From IMG/VR virus record IMGVR_UViG_3300022699_000502, positions 1 through 64,000 of that record: a stretch of 64,000 nucleotides of DNA. One strand, 5' to 3'. The stretch's first letter is position 1; each line of letters starts with the position of its first letter. Under the pieces are notes generated by a model. That model saw only the letters and a program-made list of their open reading frames with translations, did no database searches and had not been told where the DNA came from. Origin of the DNA: a virus. Taxonomy: Duplodnaviria > Heunggongvirae > Uroviricota > Caudoviricetes. Of this stretch, positions 18,953 to 27,771 are shown one piece after another. The translations under genes and the position numbers were made by a program.

Positions 18953-19207
18953 CTACCCTTTCAGGAGGTCAATATCGTCTTTTAGTTTTGGTGCATAAAG
19001 ATTATATGGTTCATCTTCAAGTCTTGTCACCAATATTTGGTATAAGAAATCCGATAACCTTACATGAAAATTGTCATCTTCATCATACATTAATGATTTT
19101 CCCGTCTCAATATCTATGACACGGATATTTAATGTACCATCAATTATTGCTAATCCCTTTCCTTCAAACCATAATATGATCGGGTGGTCATCAGTTTCAA
19201 TCTTCAT
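18953..19207 (-). CDS. hypothetical protein (84 aa)
   Basis: coding-strand ORF. Confidence 0.4.
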   Translation of the reverse strand: MKIETDDHPIILWFEGKGLAIIDGTLNIRVIDIETGKSLMYDEDDNFHVRLSDFLYQILVTRLEDEPYNLYAPKLKDDIDLLKG

Positions 19208-19212
19208 GTTAT

Positions 19213-19413
19213 CTACCTACAATTATTTTTAACGTATTCATCCAACAATTTATTGTGGTTGCGATACACACACTTACTGTATTGGTTTTTCACACACAAT
19301 ATGTCGGATCCGTGGTCAGAGAGCATCACAAAAACATCATCATTTATTGCCAATACATCTGATACATAACCATATAGTTGGCGGTCTACCTCATACATAA
19401 TTTTACCTATCAA
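19213..19413 (-). CDS. hypothetical protein (66 aa)
   Basis: coding-strand ORF. Confidence 0.35.
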   Translation of the reverse strand: MIGKIMYEVDRQLYGYVSDVLAINDDVFVMLSDHGSDILCVKNQYSKCVYRNHNKLLDEYVKNNCR

Positions 19414-19609
19414 ACCTATTAGCCAATGTTTCGTTTAGTTCACGCGTACTAGTATGTGCATACACGAAATCGCCTGATGAACCGTCTACAACATACAACC
19501 TGTTATCCACATCCACATCAGTAAATACATAATAGAGTGAATCCAAATCTATTATTGCAAGTAATCCACCGAGAGTTTCACTACCATGTTCTCTTTGTAC
19601 ACTTATCAT
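19403..19609 (-). CDS. hypothetical protein (68 aa)
   Basis: coding-strand ORF. Confidence 0.35.
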   Translation of the reverse strand: MISVQREHGSETLGGLLAIIDLDSLYYVFTDVDVDNRLYVVDGSSGDFVYAHTSTRELNETLANRFDR

Positions 19610-20124
19610 CTATATAACTCCAATATAGCGTCTGTCGTTTTTCCGCTATGTTTTGGTAACTTATCATACTCTTTTATTATGTGGTGTTTAAAATCTTCAA
19701 TGTTTACGAATGGTTCAACTATATCTTCAAATACTTCTCTGAGTCCATCTGGGTCATTAAGCGGGTCCTTTATATACTTCCACTTTAAGTCGTCTACGTA
19801 TTTGAACTCGAAACTGTTCGGGTATGAAGGTACAACAGGCCCATTAAATACGTCTAAGTATGTATGCGATGCCACTAATGTTTCGATCGCACACCTATGT
19901 TTTTCAGAGTATGGTGCATATCCTGTAACCTTTCCTTGTTCAATACATGTTGGGATGTTAGGCATCCCGTGTAACGACCACCTGTGTAATAAGAGCCACG
20001 TATAATGGTCATCACTAAAGTACTTCATGTCCGGAATCGCACACCAATCCTTATATCTTTCTGGTATGTTGAAATGTTCGCAAACTACATCTGCAAACAC
20101 ATAATGTCCTTCATTCATCCTCAA
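19606..20124 (-). CDS. hypothetical protein (172 aa)
   Basis: His/Cys-containing segment HRCAIETLVASHTYLDVF; function not recognised. Confidence 0.5.
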   Translation of the reverse strand: MRMNEGHYVFADVVCEHFNIPERYKDWCAIPDMKYFSDDHYTWLLLHRWSLHGMPNIPTCIEQGKVTGYAPYSEKHRCAIETLVASHTYLDVFNGPVVPSYPNSFEFKYVDDLKWKYIKDPLNDPDGLREVFEDIVEPFVNIEDFKHHIIKEYDKLPKHSGKTTDAILELYR

Positions 20125-20390
20125 GCACCCATTGTAATATCAGTATTTGAGTTCCGTAGAATTCCCTGAATTGACTATCACCGCTTAACCTATTCGCCTT
20201 CTTTTTGTATTCCTCCAACTTATCTCTTATTTCTTCTTCACTCCTCATCGCTATCGACCTCAGATTTTCCTAATTCTTCTATTCTTTTTTCAAGTCTGCC
20301 CATCCTCAATGCTTGATATGTATGTGTTACCAAATATATGACCGACAAAATAAATACAACTGTTTCTATTGACATGTTATCCAGTCCCCA

Positions 20391-20759
20391 TCACCACGTC
20401 CTGTGTTTTTCTCTGATGGTCTCTTTACCATCATATTCATCTATGTACCAATCCACACTGTCAGGTACCTCCACTACTTCTAAGGAGGCGTGTGGTCCAT
20501 TCGCTTCTTCACCTAACTCTTCAACAACCTGTATTAGTGCTTCATCATCTCTATCAACGTGTCTCATTCCCCAATAATATTCTTGTTGTTCATCTTCACT
20601 TAATTCCGTAAATTCCTCATATGGTATCGTGATATAATATGCGAAACCCCTATGGTCGACCTTATGTAGTTCGATATCTTTGATGTTTGCATATCTATCT
20701 ATTCCTTTTTTGCTTAATTCAAATCCGCCAAAACATCTGTTTACTACTACTTTTGTCAT
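20391..20759 (-). CDS. hypothetical acidic protein (122 aa)
   Basis: coding-strand ORF. Confidence 0.45.
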   Translation of the reverse strand: MTKVVVNRCFGGFELSKKGIDRYANIKDIELHKVDHRGFAYYITIPYEEFTELSEDEQQEYYWGMRHVDRDDEALIQVVEELGEEANGPHASLEVVEVPDSVDWYIDEYDGKETIREKHRTW

Positions 20760-20767
20760 CGTATCGC

Positions 20768-20983
20768 CTAATCTTCATCTTTGCCAGGTTTGTGGTCTAA
20801 CGATATGACGCCACTCATCCCACATTCTTCACAATAAAAGTCAACTTCGTAGAACTGCTCACTTTCGAGTTCCTGGATATCCTCCAATGTTTCACCGCAT
20901 ACTGGACACACCAACTCTATGTCCATATCTTCATCTATTTTGAGTCCGTTCTTAGCATATTTCATCTGATTCACCTTTTTCAA
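20768..20983 (-). CDS. zinc-ribbon mini-protein (71 aa)
   Basis: CPVCGE ... CEECG. Confidence 0.4.
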   Translation of the reverse strand: MKKVNQMKYAKNGLKIDEDMDIELVCPVCGETLEDIQELESEQFYEVDFYCEECGMSGVISLDHKPGKDED

Positions 20984-21251
20984 CTATTTTTTCTATCGCA
21001 TCTTTAAAAGCTAATGCGACTTCCATTTTCTGTTCTTCAGTAGCATCAGGATTATCTTCCATGGTGGACGCCGCTTCCTCAAAATCATTCCTTATTTTTT
21101 TCTCCGTTTCATCATACATCTCTTGTTTTTCTTCTTCACTGCTTGCCAACTCCTCAAATTCTTCTTCTGATTTAACATGGTTTACTAGATTTTCAAACTG
21201 CTCCTTCAATTTTTGTACATCTTCATCATCCATATTACCACTCGCCAACAT
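20952..21251 (-). CDS. highly acidic helical protein (99 aa)
   Basis: E/D-rich; EEEFEELASSEEEKQEMYDETEKK. Confidence 0.4.
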   Translation of the reverse strand: MLASGNMDDEDVQKLKEQFENLVNHVKSEEEFEELASSEEEKQEMYDETEKKIRNDFEEAASTMEDNPDATEEQKMEVALAFKDAIEKIVEKGESDEIC

Positions 21252-21385
21252 CCACTATATCAATACCATTCTCAGTCAACTTATGTACTCTCTCCCTCGC
21301 TTCCTCTTCACTGCCTGCATCTACAGTCAATGTTTGCTCTAATCCTTTACCTTCTTCCCTATAATATACTGCATATCTCATCATA

Positions 21386-21580
21386 TCACTCTTCAAACAT
21401 TCCATTCATTATCGTTTTTCTCACAGCCTCATTCAACGTTTCGTTTGGAAGTCCAAACTCACATACCGCTTCATAATATGTATAACCAAATGTGTTATGC
21501 ACCAATTCATCAAGCAATTGCTCATCATCTATTTCATCTAAGATACCTTTTATTCTTTTCTTTACCTTTTCCCTTTTCAT
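21386..21580 (-). CDS. hypothetical protein (64 aa)
   Basis: first gene after promoter copy 5. Confidence 0.4.
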   Translation of the reverse strand: MKREKVKKRIKGILDEIDDEQLLDELVHNTFGYTYYEAVCEFGLPNETLNEAVRKTIMNGMFEE

Positions 21581-21602
21581 CTTTTCACCTTATTAATATT
21601 AT

Positions 21603-21640
21603 ATATTGTGCATCATATATAAAAGTTTTGGGAAGGGTAT
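21603..21640 (-). promoter_or_regulatory. conserved viral promoter element copy 5 (variant)
   Basis: tattgtgcatcatatataaaagttttgggaagggtat. Confidence 0.5.
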
Positions 21641-21646
21641 TGTAGT

Positions 21647-21835
21647 TTAGTTTTTTTCGTTAATATCGTAGATATGCTCGAATTGTTCACGTAGCATATC
21701 CTCATCTATAGGTGTGTCAGTCGTATGTGCTTTCCTATACCCTCTCTTAAACCACTCAAATGCCATCTTTTTTTCTAACCCTTTACCTTCTAACCTATCT
21801 GCGACCTTCTCTACAATCTCTTCTAATTCCGTCAT
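21647..21835 (-). CDS. hypothetical protein (62 aa)
   Basis: coding-strand ORF. Confidence 0.35.
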   Translation of the reverse strand: MTELEEIVEKVADRLEGKGLEKKMAFEWFKRGYRKAHTTDTPIDEDMLREQFEHIYDINEKN

Positions 21836-22067
21836 ATTTCCACCTAAATATTAATTTTTTGTCTAAAATTCCGTGGAAGTGCACGCACCCCGTCCATGCT
21901 TTATAACCATCTTCATATGCGTCGTCATAATCGATGATGCATAAACTGCCACATATCGGGCATCGTGCTCTATTCCTCTTAGTACCTGAATAACAGAAAT
22001 ATTTTCTGTTATATTTAGCCTTTAATACGAAATATAAGTCACCATCAACCACATCTACCCTAATCAT
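21795..22067 (-). CDS. zinc-binding protein (90 aa)
   Basis: CPICGSLC ... CVHFHG. Confidence 0.4.
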   Translation of the reverse strand: MIRVDVVDGDLYFVLKAKYNRKYFCYSGTKRNRARCPICGSLCIIDYDDAYEDGYKAWTGCVHFHGILDKKLIFRWKYDGIRRDCREGRR

Positions 22068-22245
22068 CTTCTAATTGTTCATATACATATATGTATATGA
22101 ATATGCCACCAATTATACTAAATGTTAATATGGTCAACGCTTCAACCATATCGCTAAATCCTTTCTCTTTAAGCATTATGTCGAATGCAGCGAGACCAAA
22201 CCCGATGTAGGCAACAATACCTACTAACAACACAGTTCCTATCAT
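22060..22245 (-). CDS. small membrane protein (61 aa)
   Basis: two hydrophobic helices. Confidence 0.35.
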   Translation of the reverse strand: MIGTVLLVGIVAYIGFGLAAFDIMLKEKGFSDMVEALTILTFSIIGGIFIYIYVYEQLEDD

Positions 22246-22255
22246 TATTACGCCC

Positions 22256-22513
22256 CTATTCTATTTCGTGAATACATTCTAACCAGACCCATGTTTTCCA
22301 TAATATAAATATCAACAGTAATGGAAAAAGCATCAATGTTTTTATACCGATATATGAGTCTAACAATGATACAATTATTATATGGTGTAGGAATACTGTC
22401 GTAATATCGAGAGCTGCGATGTACATAAACATAATTTCTATTATGTCGTCTTTACCTATATTGTTGACCCATTTTGGTATAAGCTTTACCATATTATCTA
22501 TCTCCAAACACAT
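22256..22513 (-). CDS. membrane protein (85 aa)
   Basis: hydrophobic. Confidence 0.35.
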   Translation of the reverse strand: MCLEIDNMVKLIPKWVNNIGKDDIIEIMFMYIAALDITTVFLHHIIIVSLLDSYIGIKTLMLFPLLLIFILWKTWVWLECIHEIE

Positions 22514-22730
22514 CTATTATTGATTCGTCGTTCTCTAATACTTCCAATATTTTTTCCAATCGTTGTTTTAAACAGTCTTTACAATATTCTTTATCACTAT
22601 CGACAATCCATGATTCCTTAAACTCGTTCCAAATTTCCATTTTTTGGAGGACTATCCTATATAGTGGTTTACCATCCAATTCATTTATTTCTTCGCCGCA
22701 TTCATCACATATCCAAACTTCTTTATACAT
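22494..22730 (-). CDS. zinc-ribbon protein (78 aa)
   Basis: WICDECGEE ... CKDC. Confidence 0.4.
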   Translation of the reverse strand: MYKEVWICDECGEEINELDGKPLYRIVLQKMEIWNEFKESWIVDSDKEYCKDCLKQRLEKILEVLENDESIIDVFGDR

Positions 22731-22927
22731 TCTATCACCTATTTATATAATACTTCGTCGAAATACCCATCTGATATCTCACATTCTGTCCCACAATCTT
22801 CACATTTGACAGTGTACCATCTACGAATATATCCGTTTGCTTCGTTCTCTTTATATGATTTTATGTTTGAACTCCCACATTCCGGACAATATTTCACATC
22901 AATATCCATATTTATCCGTCCTTATTT

Positions 22928-23131
22928 TTATTTACTTTTGAACACACATTTTTTGTTTTCCCACATGGTACACTCATCTTCTATGCAGTAATCTCTGAGT
23001 TGGTCAGTTCTAAATGGACAAATGCCCTTCTCTTCCCTTTTCTTTCTAAGCTCTTCAATGTTTTTGTCTATTTGCTCGAACATCTCTTTTTCTTGTTTAT
23101 TTTCCATACAATTTTTTAGTTTTTCTAACAT
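22928..23131 (-). CDS. hypothetical Cys-containing protein (67 aa)
   Basis: CPFRTDQLRDYCIEDEC. Confidence 0.35.
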   Translation of the reverse strand: MLEKLKNCMENKQEKEMFEQIDKNIEELRKKREEKGICPFRTDQLRDYCIEDECTMWENKKCVFKSK

Positions 23132-23216
23132 AATCTTTTTTCCTCCATAACATTTTTACAATCCCAACACATCTTTTTCATATACCAACCACCCTCTTTA
23201 AATACCCTATATTTTA

Positions 23217-23381
23217 TTATTTTACGCATTCCGGGCATACTCTGTTTGTTTCCTTGTATATTTCCCATGCTGTTTTACCATTCTCAAACTCAGTACATGG
23301 TTCGCCCGGGGATGATAAACATCCTATATCTGCGCATACCTTGAAAGCCGGACACTCAACACTACATATACGTTTATCCAT
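23217..23381 (-). CDS. Cys-rich mini-protein (54 aa; hand-translated, below the ORF-track cutoff)
   Basis: MDKRICSVECPAFKVCADIGCLSSPGEPCTEFENGKTAWEIYKETNRVCPECVK; start overlaps the upstream ORF. Confidence 0.35.
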   Translation of the reverse strand: MDKRICSVECPAFKVCADIGCLSSPGEPCTEFENGKTAWEIYKETNRVCPECVK

Positions 23382-23553
23382 CATCTTCCTCCAAATCTGT
23401 CATTGTTACACTTTTTATGTTCCTCATGGGATAATATATTAGTCCATCATCAAAGTATATTTCTAGGTTTTGCTCCGACATATGTACGATTTCTTCTGTT
23501 GTTATCTCTTCCATATCTCCATTCATAAAATGGATTGTTACTTTTGTTTTCAT
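23374..23553 (-). CDS. hypothetical mini-protein (59 aa; hand-translated)
   Basis: MKTKVTIHFMNGDMEE...; ATG overlaps the ligase gene's stop as ATGA. Confidence 0.35.
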   Translation of the reverse strand: MKTKVTIHFMNGDMEEITTEEIVHMSEQNLEIYFDDGLIYYPMRNIKSVTMTDLEEDDG

Positions 23554-24437
23554 TTAAATGCCTCCCTATTTATAACTTGTCTTAATACTTCTTCGCACCT
23601 AGTCCCCACCATATTCCTTATTTCTTTGAAGTTTAGTTCCCAATTATTCCATATTATTTCGTCCCACTCTTCACTCCATATGTCTTTGTATACCGTATCC
23701 ATGAGTTGCGGCATTATCTCCATCTGTATGTTTCTGTTGTATTCGTCTCTTATCTTATATATGTTTTTTTCTATGCGGTGGTTAGTTACGTATTTGCTTA
23801 CGAATTTTTCGTTGTCGTCTGCTGCCCTGCCTTTTGGTTTCCCGTAAACTTTATCCCTTTTCTCAAAAAATTCTTCAGCTCGTTTTTTACTGAAGAACTG
23901 CGTACCATAACACTTTAATACCACTCCTTCTGCCTTACCATCTCTATATTCACTGTCTGGAACCTCTATGTCCTTTGGTGATACATGTCCTACAATAGTT
24001 ATTAAGGGCACCATATCAAAATTTAAGTCTTCAAATACTAACTGTTTTTTTGCATAACTTACAAATTGTTCATTTTCCTCGTCATATATGTCGAACCACA
24101 ACACATCAGGCATATTTTCCCAATCATACTCTAATGCATGCGGTACCATCTGTTCACCAAATAATGTTAAGTTATTATGTCCAAAATGTTCACATAATAT
24201 TTGTGACATCTCTTCAGGTGTTGTTTTGTTGTTAACATAATCTATTGTTTGCTGGAACTGTTCGCGATTACCGTTTAATCCAACAACGTTTCTACTCCTA
24301 AACAAAAAGCCATCGTTATTCAGTTTAACACCAACATTAGCACCATCCAACTTTTCTTCGATTATAACATCTCCAGAACCCTGTAAATTACTTATGTCTT
24401 CGCTCCCAAACTCACTTATTTTTGGATACTTCTTCAT
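23550..24437 (-). CDS. ATP-dependent polynucleotide ligase (nucleotidyltransferase superfamily; RNA-ligase-like)
   Basis: 295 aa; motif I EEKLDGANVG (KxDG); motif IV AEGVVLK (EGxVxK); small size and KLDGxN favour an Rnl2/Rnl3-like RNA ligase over a replicative DNA ligase. Confidence 0.7.
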   Translation of the reverse strand: MKKYPKISEFGSEDISNLQGSGDVIIEEKLDGANVGVKLNNDGFLFRSRNVVGLNGNREQFQQTIDYVNNKTTPEEMSQILCEHFGHNNLTLFGEQMVPHALEYDWENMPDVLWFDIYDEENEQFVSYAKKQLVFEDLNFDMVPLITIVGHVSPKDIEVPDSEYRDGKAEGVVLKCYGTQFFSKKRAEEFFEKRDKVYGKPKGRAADDNEKFVSKYVTNHRIEKNIYKIRDEYNRNIQMEIMPQLMDTVYKDIWSEEWDEIIWNNWELNFKEIRNMVGTRCEEVLRQVINREAFK

Positions 24438-24676
24438 AATTCCACCTCATTATCCATCCATTGGATTTCTATCCAAAATATCCATATCAACATAAATATT
24501 GTTAGTGGAAACAAATATATGCTGATCGTTAGTAGTAGTAACCCAATTGCAGTAACCGACCAAATGCCTGTTAGGAATCCTAACAAGACTTTCCTTTTTA
24601 TAATATTGTCATAAATGACTTTTATTAGTTTTATCGGTGAATACTGTATGTCACCCATAATATCACATGTGCTCAT
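24434..24676 (-). CDS. membrane protein (80 aa)
   Basis: two transmembrane segments. Confidence 0.4.
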   Translation of the reverse strand: MSTCDIMGDIQYSPIKLIKVIYDNIIKRKVLLGFLTGIWSVTAIGLLLLTISIYLFPLTIFMLIWIFWIEIQWMDNEVEL

Positions 24677-25067
24677 TTATCTTGTTTAGTAAGTGTTCGG
24701 CGTCACCGTATCGTTGCTCGACATCACCATTCATGTATTCTTGTACTACCATCCTAGATTTCTCTAATTCTTTTTTCGATAATTGTTCGATATCTTCACT
24801 CCATATGTCTGCATCCAACACACAATCCTCATATATGGTTTGTATGAGGTCAGTACCAAAGAACTCATCGAATGTGAACTCACGGTATTCACCATCTATT
24901 GCATTTTCATCCCATAACATCTGGATATCGTTATTTGTTCTCTCCGTCACCAACACCTGATCATCCCCAGGAGACATCACTACATAATGTTCGTTTCCGC
25001 CTATCTCTACATCAAACACATACGCAAATTCTTCTTCCATAAATTCTCTTATAAATTCTTCCATCAT
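24663..25067 (-). CDS. hypothetical acidic protein (134 aa)
   Basis: coding-strand ORF. Confidence 0.45.
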   Translation of the reverse strand: MMEEFIREFMEEEFAYVFDVEIGGNEHYVVMSPGDDQVLVTERTNNDIQMLWDENAIDGEYREFTFDEFFGTDLIQTIYEDCVLDADIWSEDIEQLSKKELEKSRMVVQEYMNGDVEQRYGDAEHLLNKINEHM

Positions 25068-25621
25068 AGTTCCTCCATTATCTCTTCTATTGAATCGTAT
25101 TCAATGAATCCACCATCAACAAGTAATTCATACCCATCATCATTCATAACTATGATATTGTCTGTGTTTAGTCGCTCATGCCTCATGAGTCTACTACCTA
25201 AGGGACCAACATCGTCTATTATGTCAACATATTGTTCAGTTGTTGGTTTTGCTTCCACACCTCTGTTCGGTAACACTACAGTCGTGTATGGTGCTCCATC
25301 TCTTATCTGTCGGATTTTTTCGTTCTGTTCATTCTGTTCTTCTTTGGCCTGCTCCACCCAATCAAATATTTTTAGTGCATGCCCTTTTGCTTTTTCAAAG
25401 TTCTCTTCATTTATTGGACTTTCGTCATTTACTGGGCTCTTGCTTTGTTGTATTTCCTTGCGGTGTTCCTCTAACGACATATCTCGTTTCAATATCTTTT
25501 CAACTTGGATATAAATGACATATCTTTCGTACCCATCTATGTCGTGCCAATGATTGCCGCGTGCAGCTCTCGCTAACACACCTACCAAATAATTCCTTTC
25601 CCAATCTGTTAACCCACTCAT
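25064..25621 (-). CDS. hypothetical protein (185 aa)
   Basis: coding-strand ORF. Confidence 0.5.
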   Translation of the reverse strand: MSGLTDWERNYLVGVLARAARGNHWHDIDGYERYVIYIQVEKILKRDMSLEEHRKEIQQSKSPVNDESPINEENFEKAKGHALKIFDWVEQAKEEQNEQNEKIRQIRDGAPYTTVVLPNRGVEAKPTTEQYVDIIDDVGPLGSRLMRHERLNTDNIIVMNDDGYELLVDGGFIEYDSIEEIMEEL

Positions 25622-25863
25622 AATACCATCTCCTTTACAACATCAACTAAATTATATATTGTGAGGCTCATCAATATTATACATAGTAGTTTCCACCAAT
25701 GAGATACGTGTAGTGCGGCATATCCCAATATGATTGTTGATGTTATATGTAAGTTCACGTTTGCTATATTTTTCCAATCCATCTCATTCACTCTCCATAT
25801 ATAGGTCGCCCGTTCCTGGATAACCACCTGCTCTAAAACTACAACCACCGTTAGTATCCTCAT
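25618..25863 (-). CDS. membrane protein (81 aa)
   Basis: hydrophobic. Confidence 0.35.
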   Translation of the reverse strand: MRILTVVVVLEQVVIQERATYIWRVNEMDWKNIANVNLHITSTIILGYAALHVSHWWKLLCIILMSLTIYNLVDVVKEMVL

Positions 25864-26365
25864 ACAGTTGTATCATCGCTGCTTCATAATTATCATGAGT
25901 CATAGGTTCTTTTGTTTGTGCCTCAATCTCCGTAACATGATACAATACCGATGTTTTATAATCTGGATATACTTTGATTGTAATATCCATACATTTCTCT
26001 TTCAACCATTTATAGAAATCCAAAGGAAAAGTTTTTGCGTTAGCACCGATGTTTGCTCCACACATCGTATCCATATGTTGTAAGTATGGTATCGGTGCAT
26101 TCAATATCCTTTTAGTAATAATACCTTCTGAGTTTTCCACTTCGATATCCATTATTCCTTTGCCTAAATCTAATGTTTCAACCATATCTTCTCCTTCAAG
26201 ATTCTCTACTATACTCTTCATCGCGTTCTTTATAAATAGCCCATCACGCGTTAATTTTTCATTATCTTCCATATAGTATTCATTATATAGGAATATGAAA
26301 TCTTCAAGTACAGATTGTGTTTGAACTCCCAATTGTTCATAATTCTCTATATTTTTAACATTCAT
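25784..26365 (-). CDS. hypothetical protein (193 aa)
   Basis: first gene after promoter copy 6. Confidence 0.5.
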   Translation of the reverse strand: MNVKNIENYEQLGVQTQSVLEDFIFLYNEYYMEDNEKLTRDGLFIKNAMKSIVENLEGEDMVETLDLGKGIMDIEVENSEGIITKRILNAPIPYLQHMDTMCGANIGANAKTFPLDFYKWLKEKCMDITIKVYPDYKTSVLYHVTEIEAQTKEPMTHDNYEAAMIQLYEDTNGGCSFRAGGYPGTGDLYMESE

Positions 26366-26389
26366 ATTCTCAACTCTTATATTATTATA

Positions 26390-26425
26390 ACTCTTTTCTC
26401 TTATATAAAAGTTTTGGGAATGGTG
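26390..26425 (-). promoter_or_regulatory. conserved viral promoter element copy 6
   Basis: ctcttttctcttatataaaagttttgggaatggtgt. Confidence 0.55.
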
Positions 26426-26589
26426 TTTAAAGTACTTTTTCTATGCGTATTATAGCGTTAGGTGGATAATAAACGCAAGGAAGTCCTGTGTCGCTCATCT
26501 TCACCCACCCATTTGGCAATATCTGCATTTCATCATAATGCTTACCTTTCTCCTCATGTGTATATATACGATATCCCATCATATCACCA

Positions 26590-26916
26590 TTATTTATAAT
26601 CCAATGCTCCTTTTTTGTATGTTGATATTCGTTCAGATAACTCAGGATCCGTCATAGGGTACACGACATATTCTATATCTGCTTTTTTGAACTCTTCAAT
26701 TTCCTGCTCATTCATCTTCCTCATCGGTTTGTTCCTATACTTAAATATGTCGTCCTCATCCGTACTCCTCCATCTGGTTTTTGCGAGTGGTCTAAGACCA
26801 CCACACCGAAATGCTTGTCCGTCATTTATGTCAACTGCATACAACGTTTCTACATTTTTATCGTCACAAACCAATACAGGTATTCCATCCTTCACATAAC
26901 CGCCAATTATTTCCAT
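26590..26916 (-). CDS. hypothetical protein (108 aa)
   Basis: coding-strand ORF. Confidence 0.45.
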   Translation of the reverse strand: MEIIGGYVKDGIPVLVCDDKNVETLYAVDINDGQAFRCGGLRPLAKTRWRSTDEDDIFKYRNKPMRKMNEQEIEEFKKADIEYVVYPMTDPELSERISTYKKGALDYK

Positions 26917-26938
26917 ATTTTCACCATTGTTTATATTA

Positions 26939-27388
26939 TCAATTATGTATTGTTATGTAGTCATACTTTGATAAGTCCACAAAATCATCAACATTCTCTT
27001 TGTGGTCTTTCCAATCTATGTCTTCCCATCCTGGACTTTTCATCATCCTTGGCTCATTTTCTAACTTAACTATGTCGTCTCCTTCTTTCAAATATACGTA
27101 CCAACTATTAGTCAGTAAGTTAGTCATATTTTTTCTGTCATTATATACTTCTGCTTCATCTTCTATATATATTTCACCGTATGACAACCAATATGGACAA
27201 TGATGTAGAATTGTTGCTGGACCTTCTATTGTGCCAACCTGCTCAAATTTATCCCATAACTTGTTTCTACCGTTGTTTTGTACCTGTCCTTTTGTTAGAA
27301 GGTGTACGCTCTCCGCCATCTCCAGACAGAAAATAGCATCCGTATCCGGCTCTTCTACTCCATCTTCCGTTATTTTTTTAATATACAT
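26939..27388 (-). CDS. hypothetical acidic protein (149 aa)
   Basis: coding-strand ORF ending 16 nt before the tRNA. Confidence 0.45.
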   Translation of the reverse strand: MYIKKITEDGVEEPDTDAIFCLEMAESVHLLTKGQVQNNGRNKLWDKFEQVGTIEGPATILHHCPYWLSYGEIYIEDEAEVYNDRKNMTNLLTNSWYVYLKEGDDIVKLENEPRMMKSPGWEDIDWKDHKENVDDFVDLSKYDYITIHN

Positions 27389-27403
27389 AAAATTCCTCCA
27401 TGA

Positions 27404-27475
27404 TTGCGGGTGGAGGAATCGAACCTCCGACTACCGGGTTATGAGCCCGGTGCCCTACCACTAGACCAACCCGCA
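27404..27475 (-). tRNA. tRNA-Met (anticodon CAU), initiator-like
   Basis: folds by hand as a 72-nt cloverleaf; 7-bp acceptor stem (U1:A72), U8, A14, D-loop GG, anticodon stem CCGGG/CCCGG, loop CUCAUAA with U33 and A37, 5-nt variable loop, T-arm GGAGG-TTCGATT-CCTCC; three G:C pairs next to the anticodon loop; no encoded CCA. Confidence 0.85.
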
Positions 27476-27477
27476 CA

Positions 27478-27771
27478 TTATCCTATAACATTTTTTATGG
27501 TGAATTCCCATCCACCCTTTCCGTACGTCCCTTCAACACTTACTTCCATCACATCATCTAAAGGCACCACAACTATGTCCGCCGTTATACCCTCATCATA
27601 GATGTCACCTCGTCCATCATTCTTAAAGTCATCAGCAACCATTGAACCACTATTGAACGTACTCGCATCGATATGTAGTTTGTTTATTGCATCTAATCTG
27701 TTTTTTGCCTCGATTGTACCTAAAATTTCGACTCTACCAAATTTTTTGATTCCAACCATATATTCCATCAT
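27478..27771 (-). CDS. hypothetical protein (97 aa)
   Basis: coding-strand ORF between the tRNA and aRF1. Confidence 0.4.
   Translation of the reverse strand: MMEYMVGIKKFGRVEILGTIEAKNRLDAINKLHIDASTFNSGSMVADDFKNDGRGDIYDEGITADIVVVPLDDVMEVSVEGTYGKGGWEFTIKNVIG

Noticed and set aside
19606-20124. P-loop NTPase/kinase call from C-terminal HSGKTT
   Set aside because: The upstream Gly of GxxxxGK[ST] is missing and the motif sits at the extreme C-terminus.
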